This document shows, piece after piece, positions 11,702 through 21,448 of a DNA stretch of 64,000 bases. This DNA comes from Dehalococcoidales bacterium. Its GTDB lineage: Bacteria; Chloroflexota; Dehalococcoidia; Dehalococcoidales; RBG-16-60-22. Where the stretch lies: contig DAOUMS010000002.1 of assembly GCA_034409565.1 (NCBI GenBank), positions 66,223 through 130,222 on the forward strand, written 5' to 3'. A model generated the notes under the pieces. The model made no database searches. It saw nothing but the letters and a program-made list of their open reading frames with translations, and was not told where the DNA came from. A program made the position numbers and the translations under genes. Position 1 is the stretch's first letter. Each line of letters begins with the position of its first letter.

Positions 11702-13828
11702 TCACGACTCCTGGACGGCCGGGCGGTACAGTTTTTCGATGTAGTCCTTCATCATGCGGCGGGCGCAAAAAGCGGGCACGATGGAACGCATTGCTTCTTT
11801 CATCATGGCCACCCAGCGGCGCGGAACCCCGTGCACATCCCGGTCGTAGTAGAGTGGCACAATCTTCTCTTCAAGCAAGTGGTAGAGCGCCTCAGCATCG
11901 GCTTCATCTTCCTCTTCCGGGGTGGCGGCGATATCCGGTGAGCCAGCGGCCCAACCGTTGCCAGCATTGTATCCCTCACGCCACCAGCCATCGAGAACGC
12001 TCAAATTGAGCACGCCATTCAGGGAGGCCTTCATGCCGCTTGAGCCGCTCGCTTCGCGGAGGCGCCGTGGCACATTCAGCCAGATATCAACTCCCTGTAC
12101 CAGATAGCGTGCTAGGTGGATATCATAGTCCTCGACGAACACTATCCTGCCCTGAAATTCACGGTCAGCGGCTATTTTATAGACCTGCTGCAAGAGGTTC
12201 TTGGAAGCCAAATCAGCCGGATGGGACTTGCCGGCAAAGATAATCTGGACCGGATGCCAGTTATTGGTGACAATCCGCTTTAGTCGCTCAATGTCATGCA
12301 GGATGAGTGCCGGCCGTTTATACTCCGTGAAGCGGCGGGCAAAGGCAATGGTGAGCACTTCCGGGTCAAGCAGCGCCCCCATCATCAGCATATGAGTCCA
12401 GGGAACGTTGTCCTCCAGCCATCGGGTACGCATGCGCTCCCGAATCGCTCCCACGAGCTTGCGCCGGAGCCTCTGGCAGATAGCCCAGAGAGCTTCATCT
12501 GGTATCTCCGACACCTTTTCCCACAAATGGGGGACATCATGTTTCGTCAACCAGTCCTCACCGAGATACTTTGCCAGAAGATGGTCTAATTCCGGAGCAA
12601 CCCAGGAAGGTACGTGAATGCCGTTGGTCACCTGGGATATGGGTACCTGCTCCTCGGCAATATCCGGCCAGAGACCGTGCCACATCTTTCGGGTAACGCT
12701 GCCGTGAAGCTGGCTCACCGCATTGCGCCGGTCAGCCATTTTGAGGGCGAGGACGGTCATGTTGTAATTCTCGGGTTCGGAATTGCTCTCCCAGCCGAGC
12801 TCCAGAAATGCCCTGCGGTCAATGCCCAGCTGCTCCCAGTAGCCCCGGAAATATTTCTCCACCAGCTCTATGGCGAAGATATCGTGTCCCGCCATAACCG
12901 GGGTATGGGTGGTAAATACCGTGGTCTTTCGTATCTCCGGCTGTGCCTCGGCAAAGCTCATACCCCCGGATACTTTTTCTCTAACGCGTTCCAGGGTCAT
13001 GAAGGCGGTATGTCCCTCGTTAGCGTGCCAGAGCGTGGGGTTGATGCCAAGTGCTCGCAGCACGCGCACGCCGCCAATGCCGAGGACGATTTCCTGCTGC
13101 AAGCGCAGCTCCCTGTCGGACACATAGAGCCGTGCTGAGAGTTGCTGGTAAGGCCCGGGGTTCTCCTCAAGCTGTGTATCCAGCAAATAAATATCAGTGC
13201 GGCCTACCTTGACGTGCCAGGCACCGAGCGCCAGGTCAACGTCACCCAGCCTGACCCTGGTCAGAGCGATGTCACCGCTGGGAGAGCGAATCTGATTGAT
13301 GGGCGCTTCGTCAAAATTAAGTTCCTGATATTCCTCTTCCTGCCAGCCGGAGGCGGATATATGCTGGTGGAAATACCCCTGCGGATACATGAAGCCGACG
13401 GCGACCATCGGCAGCCCGATATCGCTGGCTTCCTTGCAGATGTCTCCGGCCAGCACCCCCAAACCTCCAGCGTAAATGGGCAGGGAATTATGGATGGCGT
13501 ATTCCATGGAGAAGTAGGCCACCGGCCCGGAGAACAGGTTGGGGTAGTTAGCATGCAGCCAGGTGTGGTCAACGGGGGACATCATCTCATCGTAGGCGGC
13601 CATCACTGAATCATAGAGGGCGAGAAATGCCGGGTCGGCACCAGCTTGAGCCAGCCGTTCCGGGCTTATCCAGGAGAGCTGTTTCACCGGATTATGCCCG
13701 CTCTCCTTCCAGAGCGGGTAATCCAGGGCGCGGAATAGCTGACGGGCCTGATTGTTCCAGCTCCACCATAGATTGCTGGCCAGTTCACCAAGCCGCCCAA
13801 TACTCTCCGGCACCTGGATAGAATTCAA
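11702..13828 (-). CDS. glgP: Alpha-glucan phosphorylase (GT35)
   Basis: It has an NLWWSWN N-terminus, YAGGLGVLAGD and a PLP-lysine region SGSSGMKASLNG. The TTG start is preceded by AGAGGA. The gene is convergent with treY. Confidence 0.88.
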   Translation of the reverse strand: MNSIQVPESIGRLGELASNLWWSWNNQARQLFRALDYPLWKESGHNPVKQLSWISPERLAQAGADPAFLALYDSVMAAYDEMMSPVDHTWLHANYPNLFSGPVAYFSMEYAIHNSLPIYAGGLGVLAGDICKEASDIGLPMVAVGFMYPQGYFHQHISASGWQEEEYQELNFDEAPINQIRSPSGDIALTRVRLGDVDLALGAWHVKVGRTDIYLLDTQLEENPGPYQQLSARLYVSDRELRLQQEIVLGIGGVRVLRALGINPTLWHANEGHTAFMTLERVREKVSGGMSFAEAQPEIRKTTVFTTHTPVMAGHDIFAIELVEKYFRGYWEQLGIDRRAFLELGWESNSEPENYNMTVLALKMADRRNAVSQLHGSVTRKMWHGLWPDIAEEQVPISQVTNGIHVPSWVAPELDHLLAKYLGEDWLTKHDVPHLWEKVSEIPDEALWAICQRLRRKLVGAIRERMRTRWLEDNVPWTHMLMMGALLDPEVLTIAFARRFTEYKRPALILHDIERLKRIVTNNWHPVQIIFAGKSHPADLASKNLLQQVYKIAADREFQGRIVFVEDYDIHLARYLVQGVDIWLNVPRRLREASGSSGMKASLNGVLNLSVLDGWWREGYNAGNGWAAGSPDIAATPEEEDEADAEALYHLLEEKIVPLYYDRDVHGVPRRWVAMMKEAMRSIVPAFCARRMMKDYIEKLYRPAVQES

Positions 13829-13873
13829 TGAAGGCCGTTCCTCTTATACGATGAAATACCGTTAAGAAATTAT

Positions 13874-13913
13874 ACCTTATTTAAGCGATAAAAAGCTAAA
13901 CTTTAAATAAGGT
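13874..13913. repeat. Perfect 11-bp inverted repeat (accttatttaa / ttaaataaggt) with an 18-nt loop
   Basis: Read directly from the AT-rich spacer between the TIM-barrel gene stop and the glgP start. Confidence 0.6.
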
Positions 13914-13917
13914 AACA

Positions 13918-13953
13918 ATCCGAAAGTCGCTGGTTCAAATCCAGCCGCGGCCA
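13918..13953 (+). pseudogene. tRNA 3-prime-end-like fragment (T-arm plus acceptor strand only)
   Basis: GCTGG-TTCAAAT-CCAGC forms a canonical T stem-loop, followed by CGCGGCC plus A (acceptor 3-prime strand and discriminator). No complementary GGCCGCG 5-prime strand, D-arm or anticodon arm lies upstream. Confidence 0.4.
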
Positions 13954-13972
13954 GCTAGACTTTCACTTCACT

Positions 13973-14812
13973 TTACTTGTCAAAGAGACGCCGCACATAC
14001 GCAAGCGCTTTAGTTGCCACGAACTCCGGGTCACCTTCAGGAGCAAGGGCAATTGAAGCTGAACCAGAGAAGTCTTCTGCCTGTAAAATCCGGGCTATGT
14101 GTGGCCAATCAAGCGCGTCCTTCTCGGGAAGAATCCCCGGCGGCCAGTGGTTAGGGTCGTACAGGTGGATGTGATGTGCCTGCCCCTTGGTGGCTCTGAT
14201 ACCATGTTCGATGGACGGCTCCGCGGCACAAAGCTGGTCGGTATCCATCATCACACTGAAGCTAGGGCTGCCAATACGTTCTACCCATGCCATGACCTCT
14301 TCGTTACTATTCACCAAATTCGTGTATTTAGGCGAAGACCCTTCAAGCATGATGACCGCCCCGGCCTTCTTGGCGTATTCCGCGAGTTCCCGAAAAATCT
14401 CCTCAGTCAATCGCTCCATATCCTCTTTGCTTGCCCCCGGGATTCCTGTACCACGAGCGCCGCCCAGAACGACCCTCGCCTTAAAATAACCGGCAAAGTC
14501 CAACACATTCTTGAAGGCCTTCATCGCCTTCTGGCGGATGCCTGCGTCCTCATGGATAAGTGACATTCCCTGGGGAATCATACGGCCACTGCCAACTACC
14601 GGCATTACGGCTCCGGCACGCTTCAGGGCAGCGTCAAACACCACCGGGTCAGGAGTGCGCTCCGGGTCAGGCATAAACTCGATGCCATCATAACCCCAGT
14701 CGACCGCGCGCTGGGCAATCTCCTCCGGGGTACCGGCGAGCACATTTATTATGAATTTATATTGGAGCATATCTGGGGTCGAGGCCCAGAAGCAGAACTT
14801 CACCTTTGACAT
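13973..14812 (-). CDS. Sugar phosphate isomerase/epimerase (xylose-isomerase-like TIM barrel)
   Basis: At 279 aa it has the family pattern WGYDGIEF..., ...VIMLEG..., HIHLYD. Confidence 0.75.
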   Translation of the reverse strand: MSKVKFCFWASTPDMLQYKFIINVLAGTPEEIAQRAVDWGYDGIEFMPDPERTPDPVVFDAALKRAGAVMPVVGSGRMIPQGMSLIHEDAGIRQKAMKAFKNVLDFAGYFKARVVLGGARGTGIPGASKEDMERLTEEIFRELAEYAKKAGAVIMLEGSSPKYTNLVNSNEEVMAWVERIGSPSFSVMMDTDQLCAAEPSIEHGIRATKGQAHHIHLYDPNHWPPGILPEKDALDWPHIARILQAEDFSGSASIALAPEGDPEFVATKALAYVRRLFDK

Positions 14813-14975
14813 TCAACCTTACTCTCCAGTTAGCAAATCTTTATCAGTCTTTTGAGCTAAGCAATTTTCTTGGCTTATCAGCCTCACCTTCGAGCCGGTG
14901 ATAGCAGTGCTCTTCGGTTGGGAACGCTCCTTCTTTTACCTAGTTGAATAAAAGCAACTGTGCGATATGATATAG

Positions 14976-16079
14976 CTACTTCGTTATTTGGACCTGTGAT
15001 ACCGCCTTCGCAATCAGGTCGCCCATCTCCCTGGTACCCACCTTGGTCTTTCCTTCCTCCATGATGTCGTAGGTGCGGTGGGAATGTACCGTCTTCTCTG
15101 TGGCCTCATCGATGCACCTGGCCTCTTGTTCCAGACCAAAGGCGTACTTGAGCATCATCGCCACGCTCAAAATGGTCGCAATCGGATTGGCCACGTTCTT
15201 TCCGACGTGCTTCGGCGCGCTGCCATGACTTGACTCAAAAAAGCCAAAGGTAGTCCCCTTTACCCCTGAGCCAGCTATCTGGGCCGAGGGTAGCATACCG
15301 AGGGAGCCGGCAAGCACCGAGGCTTCGTCGCTGATAATGTCGCCGAACAGGTTGCTCGTCACCAGAACGTCAAAGTCCCTCGGCCGCTTCAGCAACCACA
15401 TGGTACAGGCATCAGCATAGGCGTGCTCCAGTTGCACGTCAGGATACTCCGGCGCCAGTTCATCAGCAATCTCATGCCACAACCGTGAAGACTGCAGTAC
15501 GTTGGCTTTGTCCACGGAACACAGTTTCTTACGCCTCGACTGCGCCAGTTCAAAGCCCACCCGAACAATCCGTTCAACCTCCTTCTCCGAGTAAAGCATG
15601 CTGTCCACGGCCATGCGCCCCTCTTTGGTGCGCCACCGTTTTTTGGGTTCGCCAAAGTAAGCACCGCCGGTATTCTCACGGAGCACAATTAAGTCAACAT
15701 CCTTCACAATTTCCGGTTTCACCGGTGAGCAATTTACCATTGACGGATATACCCTTACCGGACGCACATTGGCGAAAAGGCCAAATTCCCGGCGTATTAA
15801 CAAAACGGCGGCGTTGGCGTATTCCTTTGCTCCCGGATAGTCCCATTTCGGGCCACCGGCGGCGCCAAAGAGAATGGCATCACTCTGGCGGCAAATCTGC
15901 AAGGTCTCGTCAGGCAGTGAAGTGCCATATTTATCAATGGCCACCCCGCCGATATCAACATAGGTTAGCTCGAACTCATGGCCGAATTTCCCGGCCACTG
16001 CTTTCAGGACTTTGACCCCCTCCTCTACGATTTCGGGGCCAATACCATCGCCCGGACCTACCGCAATTTTCCCTTCCAT
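14976..16079 (-). CDS. Isocitrate/3-isopropylmalate dehydrogenase family enzyme (LeuB/tartrate-DH-like)
   Basis: Motifs GPGDGIGPEIV and NLFGDIISDEASVLAGSLGMLPSA are present. I set the start to ATG 16079 (MEGKIAV, preceded by GGGGTGAG). The longer track ORF runs into the upstream SDR gene. Confidence 0.8.
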   Translation of the reverse strand: MEGKIAVGPGDGIGPEIVEEGVKVLKAVAGKFGHEFELTYVDIGGVAIDKYGTSLPDETLQICRQSDAILFGAAGGPKWDYPGAKEYANAAVLLIRREFGLFANVRPVRVYPSMVNCSPVKPEIVKDVDLIVLRENTGGAYFGEPKKRWRTKEGRMAVDSMLYSEKEVERIVRVGFELAQSRRKKLCSVDKANVLQSSRLWHEIADELAPEYPDVQLEHAYADACTMWLLKRPRDFDVLVTSNLFGDIISDEASVLAGSLGMLPSAQIAGSGVKGTTFGFFESSHGSAPKHVGKNVANPIATILSVAMMLKYAFGLEQEARCIDEATEKTVHSHRTYDIMEEGKTKVGTREMGDLIAKAVSQVQITK

Positions 16080-16128
16080 TGGCTCACCCCCTGTGTATTG
16101 ATTTCCTTGGCTAGCTTTCCAGTTTGCT

Positions 16129-16899
16129 TCAGGCAGTGCACCCACCGTCAACTGGAAAGACAACGCCGGTGACGAAAGAAGCCTCATCAGAGACCAAGAA
16201 CAAAATGGCAGCGGCAATTTCAGCCGGCTCAGACCATCTCCCCAGGGGAACCGCGGCCAGCCTGGTGGTGCGTTTTTGGCGCTCTTCCTCAGGGGTAGCG
16301 GGGTGGCCCAGGAAAGCCAGAGTAAGCCCGGTCTCGGTAGGTCCGGGACAGACGCAGTTTACCCTGATTTTTTCCGGACCCAGCATTTTGGCCAGGCTTT
16401 TGGATAGCAGCACAACCCCTCCCTTGGTGGCGCAGTAAGGAACAAGCGTTGCGAAGCCCATAATCCCCCCGATAGAGGCAATATTTACAATGCTGCCACC
16501 ACCCTGCTTCCTTATCTCGGGGATAGCGTACTGGCAGCCAAGTAAAACGGAGGTAAGGTTGATATCTATCAACCTGTGCCAGTCCTCTTCGGTGGTTCTA
16601 TCCAAGGTATCTCCTGCAATACCCGCATTGTTGACGAGAATATCAAGCTTGCCGTAGGTGCTGACTGCCGTCTGCACCATCTTCTTAAGATCGGTGGCGC
16701 GGGATACATTAACCGGTACAAAAGTTGCCTCACCTCCGGCCTTTTTAATCTGGTCGGCGGTACCCTGTCCTGACTCCCGGTTAATCTCAGCGACCACTAC
16801 CTTGGCGCCTTCTTTGGCAAAAAGGATGGACGCTGCCCTCCCGATTCCAGAACCACCACCGGTAACTATGGCTACTTTGTTCTCCAGTCTTTTCTCCAT
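16129..16899 (-). CDS. Short-chain dehydrogenase/reductase (SDR)
   Basis: TGGGSGIGRA cofactor motif, NNAG, and a catalytic YCATK (YxxxK). Confidence 0.9.
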   Translation of the reverse strand: MEKRLENKVAIVTGGGSGIGRAASILFAKEGAKVVVAEINRESGQGTADQIKKAGGEATFVPVNVSRATDLKKMVQTAVSTYGKLDILVNNAGIAGDTLDRTTEEDWHRLIDINLTSVLLGCQYAIPEIRKQGGGSIVNIASIGGIMGFATLVPYCATKGGVVLLSKSLAKMLGPEKIRVNCVCPGPTETGLTLAFLGHPATPEEERQKRTTRLAAVPLGRWSEPAEIAAAILFLVSDEASFVTGVVFPVDGGCTA

Positions 16900-16951
16900 T
16901 ATGGTGAAACCCCCTTCTTTTTTAAAATTAGGCTATAAAAATGCTTATTGT

Positions 16952-18832
16952 TCAGCCCCATATGTCTGTGATGATGTATTCAAGACCAAGCCTTTTCAAA
17001 GTGTCTGGAAGCGGCTTGCTGGTCTGCCGGTCCCAGCCCATTTGCTCGTAATAGTCACGCCGTACCTGGTCCCAGTCCGATAAAATATCCATTCCTTTGG
17101 TGGGCCCATCGACTGCCGGCGAGCCATATCTGGGTGAGGGTATATCCAGTTCCTCACCAATGCCGTGTCTGATATTGAAAGCTTTTAGCAGGTTAACGGC
17201 CCTTCTGCCCACCTCCATTGATTCTTCAGGAGTAAAGTCCCATCCCGTAGCTGCACTTAGCGCCCTGCACAGATTGTTTACATCGTTCCTGACGTTGAAT
17301 CTGCATACCACCAGTGAGTCCTCAAATTGAGCCGAGCCCTTTATACTGGCGCTAATCCTTGATAAATCGCCGGGCGTGAACACCTGCAGTACCGAATTTT
17401 CGGCGCCGAGGCCCAGTCTGGCCGGTGAGGAAGTGAAGCTGGTTTCTATGGTGCCGGCGCTCGAGACACAGGTGTCAAGGAGTTCAAACCATATCGCCCG
17501 GTGGTCATGGGTACGCACGGTATTCCCTTTTATGGTATGGATAGCGAGATTTGGCGCTTCCCCGCCCACTTGCTGGGCGGCGCGCATTACTCCCTCGGCT
17601 AGCACGTTGCCGAATCCTTCACGGTTGGCAATCTTACCCAGCATCGTTTTTATTGCGGCCGCGTTGCCCCAGGTCATTTCCAGCCCATCGGTATCACGTT
17701 TGGTCAGGATGCCCTTCTCATAGCATTCCAGCACCCAGGCGATAAGGAAGCCAGCCTCGTTGGTCTCCATACCGAGGCGGTCAACTTCCCAGCTGAGCAT
17801 GATTGCCTCCGCTATATCAGTGGGACCGGTGAGAGAACCCCATGAGGCGAGCTGCTCATACTCCGGCTCTTCGCCCACCTGCCCGGCATATAGCCCATCC
17901 TTGGCTTTTAACAGATGACAGTGGCGCTGCTGACAGGCCCAGCAGGAATGTCGTTTATGTTCGTAATGTTTCGCAATATACTCGGCATTATACTGGTCGA
18001 ACTTAGCTTTATCGGCGAAGACGCTGGTGGTGTAATTTCGGACCGGTAAGGCGCCGAGGGGACTGAGCAGGCCAAAGGCATTGAGCGTACCATGGTAATA
18101 CCCTTCACTGCCTGATGGGCTGGACTTGATGCCTTCGATGAGCTCGCGCGCGGCCGTGGAAAGCTTCTCGGCGTCATGCACCTTGACCGCCTTCTTGCCG
18201 CGGGCAACGGCAATGGCTTTTAATTTTTTGGCCCCCATCACCGCGCCCGAGCCGTTGTGTCCGGCAGCGTGTCCTCTGTCCCCAATAATGGCAGCGAACT
18301 TTACCAGATTTTCGCCTGCTGGCCCGATGCCAAACACGCTCATTTCGGACTCTCGCTTGCCGAGTTCCTCTTTGATGATGTCCTCGGTGTCCCACGTACT
18401 TTTACCAAGCAAATGACTGGCATCCCTCAGTTCGGCGGTGCCGTCATGAATATAGAGATAGACCCATCTCTTGGCTGCCCCGTGCACTACGATGTCGTCA
18501 AAACCAGACAACTTGAGAAAGGCGCCTAAAAATCCGTTAGCCTGAGTGGAAGTGGCGCCATTGGTAAGGCTCCCTTTGGTTACCACTGAGAACGAACCAG
18601 AGCCGCCTACTCTGGTGCCGCCCAGCGGACCGGTGGCGATTATCAGGCGATTTTCGGGGTCGGCCCAGCCTGCTTCCGGAGGAACCTCGTCATATAAATA
18701 TTTTGCCCCCAGGCAGGTGCCCCCTAAATATTTCCGCAGGGTGACCTCGTCAAGCTCTTCTTCGCTGGTGGACCCGTCGCTGAGGTCAACCCTCAGAATC
18801 TTGCCCGCATAGCCTAATACATTCGATGACAC
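16952..18832 (-). CDS. Aldehyde:ferredoxin oxidoreductase family (tungstopterin), paralogue 1
   Basis: The GKILRVDLS N-terminus and the 626-aa AOR_N plus AFOR_C architecture fit the family. The cluster cysteines read CWACQQRHC (CxxCxxxxC). Confidence 0.88.
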   Translation of the reverse strand: MSSNVLGYAGKILRVDLSDGSTSEEELDEVTLRKYLGGTCLGAKYLYDEVPPEAGWADPENRLIIATGPLGGTRVGGSGSFSVVTKGSLTNGATSTQANGFLGAFLKLSGFDDIVVHGAAKRWVYLYIHDGTAELRDASHLLGKSTWDTEDIIKEELGKRESEMSVFGIGPAGENLVKFAAIIGDRGHAAGHNGSGAVMGAKKLKAIAVARGKKAVKVHDAEKLSTAARELIEGIKSSPSGSEGYYHGTLNAFGLLSPLGALPVRNYTTSVFADKAKFDQYNAEYIAKHYEHKRHSCWACQQRHCHLLKAKDGLYAGQVGEEPEYEQLASWGSLTGPTDIAEAIMLSWEVDRLGMETNEAGFLIAWVLECYEKGILTKRDTDGLEMTWGNAAAIKTMLGKIANREGFGNVLAEGVMRAAQQVGGEAPNLAIHTIKGNTVRTHDHRAIWFELLDTCVSSAGTIETSFTSSPARLGLGAENSVLQVFTPGDLSRISASIKGSAQFEDSLVVCRFNVRNDVNNLCRALSAATGWDFTPEESMEVGRRAVNLLKAFNIRHGIGEELDIPSPRYGSPAVDGPTKGMDILSDWDQVRRDYYEQMGWDRQTSKPLPDTLKRLGLEYIITDIWG

Positions 18833-18903
18833 AACAGCTCTCCCATTTGCACAAAGTTATGGCCCATGGCACATGCCTGTCTTTCTGGGCAGTATTTTTT
18901 CTG

Positions 18904-19314
18904 CTACTTATCTTTAAGGTATTTTCTGGTCTTATCGTGTAGCTCATCTATCAGTGGCGAGGGCTTCAGGGACGGAATATAAACACAGAACAGTTTTAGT
19001 GTTTCAGTCTCGCTGGTGTTCTGGCAATAGTGCTCCACGCCCTTGGGGGCAAATATGACCGAATCTGTCTCCAGCTTGTACACTTCATCGCCCACCCGGC
19101 CTTCACCACGGCCAATGACGTACATTATTTCATCGCTGGTGTGGGTATGTGTTCCCGTGCTGCTGCCCGGTGGAATGTGAGAAAACAGAAACGATGCTCC
19201 CTGGTAATTACCAATCTCTGGAGACATAATCATCTTCAGGAACCTCTCGTTTGGGGGGCCTGCCTTTACGGAAGGAAAGTCCCATCCATCATAAACGAAT
19301 TTTGCCATTTTCAT
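18904..19314 (-). CDS. Cupin domain protein
   Basis: 136 aa with GTHTHTSDE...G.......P.G..H cupin motifs 1 and 2. Confidence 0.75.
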   Translation of the reverse strand: MKMAKFVYDGWDFPSVKAGPPNERFLKMIMSPEIGNYQGASFLFSHIPPGSSTGTHTHTSDEIMYVIGRGEGRVGDEVYKLETDSVIFAPKGVEHYCQNTSETETLKLFCVYIPSLKPSPLIDELHDKTRKYLKDK

Positions 19315-19420
19315 TCTCCTTTCACTTCAAGCGAATACTGCCTGAGCCTTATACTGACCCGTGTCAGAATACATTACATATCCCTTTCATCCCCCTGTTA
19401 ACTTGATGCCCGTGCTCAGG

Positions 19421-21295
19421 TTAGATGAGACCAATAGTCCAGTCCAGACCTAGCTCGCCCAGTTTTTGAGGGGAGGGTGAGCCATCGGGCCAGCCCATCA
19501 TATCATAATATGTGTCTATGGCTTTCTGGAAAGCAACCGGGTCAAGCACCACGCCCTGCAGGGGTCCTGAAGCCTGGGGCGTGAAGAAGCGCCGTGGCAT
19601 ATTGTCATCTTTGCGGGTAAAGCCTTCTCTGAGATTGAAAACCCGCGCCATGTTGGCTGCCCTTTCCCCCACCCTCATGAAATCAGCGATAGTTATATTC
19701 CAGCCAGTTACCGCCGTAGCCAGCTGGGCAATTCTCTTGAAGCCAGTCAGGCCGTAGGACATGATAAAGTAGCAGCAGACCCCGCAGTTCAGAAAATGGA
19801 CAAGCGTGGAATTATGGATTAATATTTGGACCTTGGCTGGGGAAAGGTCATCAAGGGGCAGGGGCTCAAAGGTGCCCAGATTATTCAGCTCTTGCAACAG
19901 CGGAGTCATGGAGGCATAGATATTATCGTGCATGTTATGGCAGTGGTCAGCACCTGTAGGGGATACGCTGTAGCCAACACCCATCCCCTGTTTCCACCGT
20001 GGCTCATGCATGGGAAATTCCTGACCTTTGATGTGAAAGGCAAACTCTTCCGCCGCCGGACCTATCTTTTTGGCGGTTCGGGCCACGCCCTCGGCGAGTA
20101 AATCCCCCAGACCATCGCGCAGCGCAATCCGCTCCACCATCTGGACCATGGCGGCTTCATTGCCAAAGTGTAAATCAATCCCGCCGCTATCCTTCGAAGT
20201 AAGCAGTCCATTTTCATAGCATTCCATGGCAAAGGCAATGGCCGCCCCGCAGGAGATGCTGTCCAGGCCATAAGCGTTGGCCAGTTCGTTGCCTTTGGCG
20301 ATTGCTATCAGGTCGGTTATACCGCAAAGAGAGCCCAGAGCCGCTATGGTTTCATATTCGGGGCCTCCGTAATTGGGGTCAACCTGGTATGGCTCGTCTG
20401 TTTTGACCTCGCGCTTGCATTGCACCGGGCAGGCGAAACAGCCCCGCCTCTTTACCAGAATGGTATTGGTCATGGTTTCCCCGTTTATCTTGTCCGCCCC
20501 GTCAATAGAGCCCAGCTGAAAATTACGCGTGGGCAGACCGCCGGCGGCATCCAGGGCCGGGACACCTCTGGAGGTGCCAAATTCTCGCAAAGTATCCAGG
20601 TTTATGGGTGTATTATGGCTAATCCAGCGGGCCACGTCACGAAGCGCTTGTTGGTCGGCGACTGATGGGCGCTGATGTCCGCGGCAGGCTATGGCTTTTA
20701 GGTTTTTAGAGCCCATCACCGCGCCCATACCAGTCCTGCCGGCTATGGCGTCCAGATCATTTACCACGCAGGCGAAACGCACCAGGTTTTCTCCAGCTGG
20801 GCCAATCTGGGCCACTTTTATGGCAGAATCTCCAAGCTCTTCACGGATAGCCTTCTGGCATTCTAGGGTTTTCCTGCCCCAGAGGTGCCTGGCATCTCGC
20901 AGAGAAGCCTCACCGTCCCGTATGAAGAGATAGACAGGCTTTTCCGCCTTCCCTTCAATGATGACAGCATCAAAGCCGGCCATTTTCAGCTCAGCACCCC
21001 AGAAGCCTCCCGCCTCAGCTTCACCAAATGCCCCGGTAAGCGGTGACTTGCTGCCTACCGCGTGACGACCGCAACCTGCGACTGGTACGCCGGTTAGAGG
21101 GCCCGCGGCGAAGACGAGTTTATTCTTCGGGCCCAGGGGGTCAGTGCCCTTTGGGACCTCCTTGAGCAGAAAGTACCCCACAAAACCCTCACCACCAAAA
21201 TACTGCCGGTAAAACTCTTCCGGGAATTCCTCCACGGTTATTTTCCCTGAAGAAAGGTCAACTCTTAAAATCTTTCCTGTGTATCCGTTTGGCAC
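19421..21295 (-). CDS. Aldehyde:ferredoxin oxidoreductase family (tungstopterin), paralogue 2
   Basis: GKILRVDLS N-terminus and a canonical CFACPVQC (CxxCxxxC) cluster motif. The GTG start follows GGGGGG. Confidence 0.9.
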   Translation of the reverse strand: MPNGYTGKILRVDLSSGKITVEEFPEEFYRQYFGGEGFVGYFLLKEVPKGTDPLGPKNKLVFAAGPLTGVPVAGCGRHAVGSKSPLTGAFGEAEAGGFWGAELKMAGFDAVIIEGKAEKPVYLFIRDGEASLRDARHLWGRKTLECQKAIREELGDSAIKVAQIGPAGENLVRFACVVNDLDAIAGRTGMGAVMGSKNLKAIACRGHQRPSVADQQALRDVARWISHNTPINLDTLREFGTSRGVPALDAAGGLPTRNFQLGSIDGADKINGETMTNTILVKRRGCFACPVQCKREVKTDEPYQVDPNYGGPEYETIAALGSLCGITDLIAIAKGNELANAYGLDSISCGAAIAFAMECYENGLLTSKDSGGIDLHFGNEAAMVQMVERIALRDGLGDLLAEGVARTAKKIGPAAEEFAFHIKGQEFPMHEPRWKQGMGVGYSVSPTGADHCHNMHDNIYASMTPLLQELNNLGTFEPLPLDDLSPAKVQILIHNSTLVHFLNCGVCCYFIMSYGLTGFKRIAQLATAVTGWNITIADFMRVGERAANMARVFNLREGFTRKDDNMPRRFFTPQASGPLQGVVLDPVAFQKAIDTYYDMMGWPDGSPSPQKLGELGLDWTIGLI

Positions 21296-21448
21296 GTTTA
21301 CCCCCCATAATTAGTCTTATTAAAAACCCCGGGATTTGAACCTTTTTCTATACTAAAGACATCTATGCCATTATCTTCTAAGCAGTCTATAGTAAGTTTG
21401 AGTTGCTACATTATAGTTATTAAATTCCGCCACAGAAATCTGTGGCTT

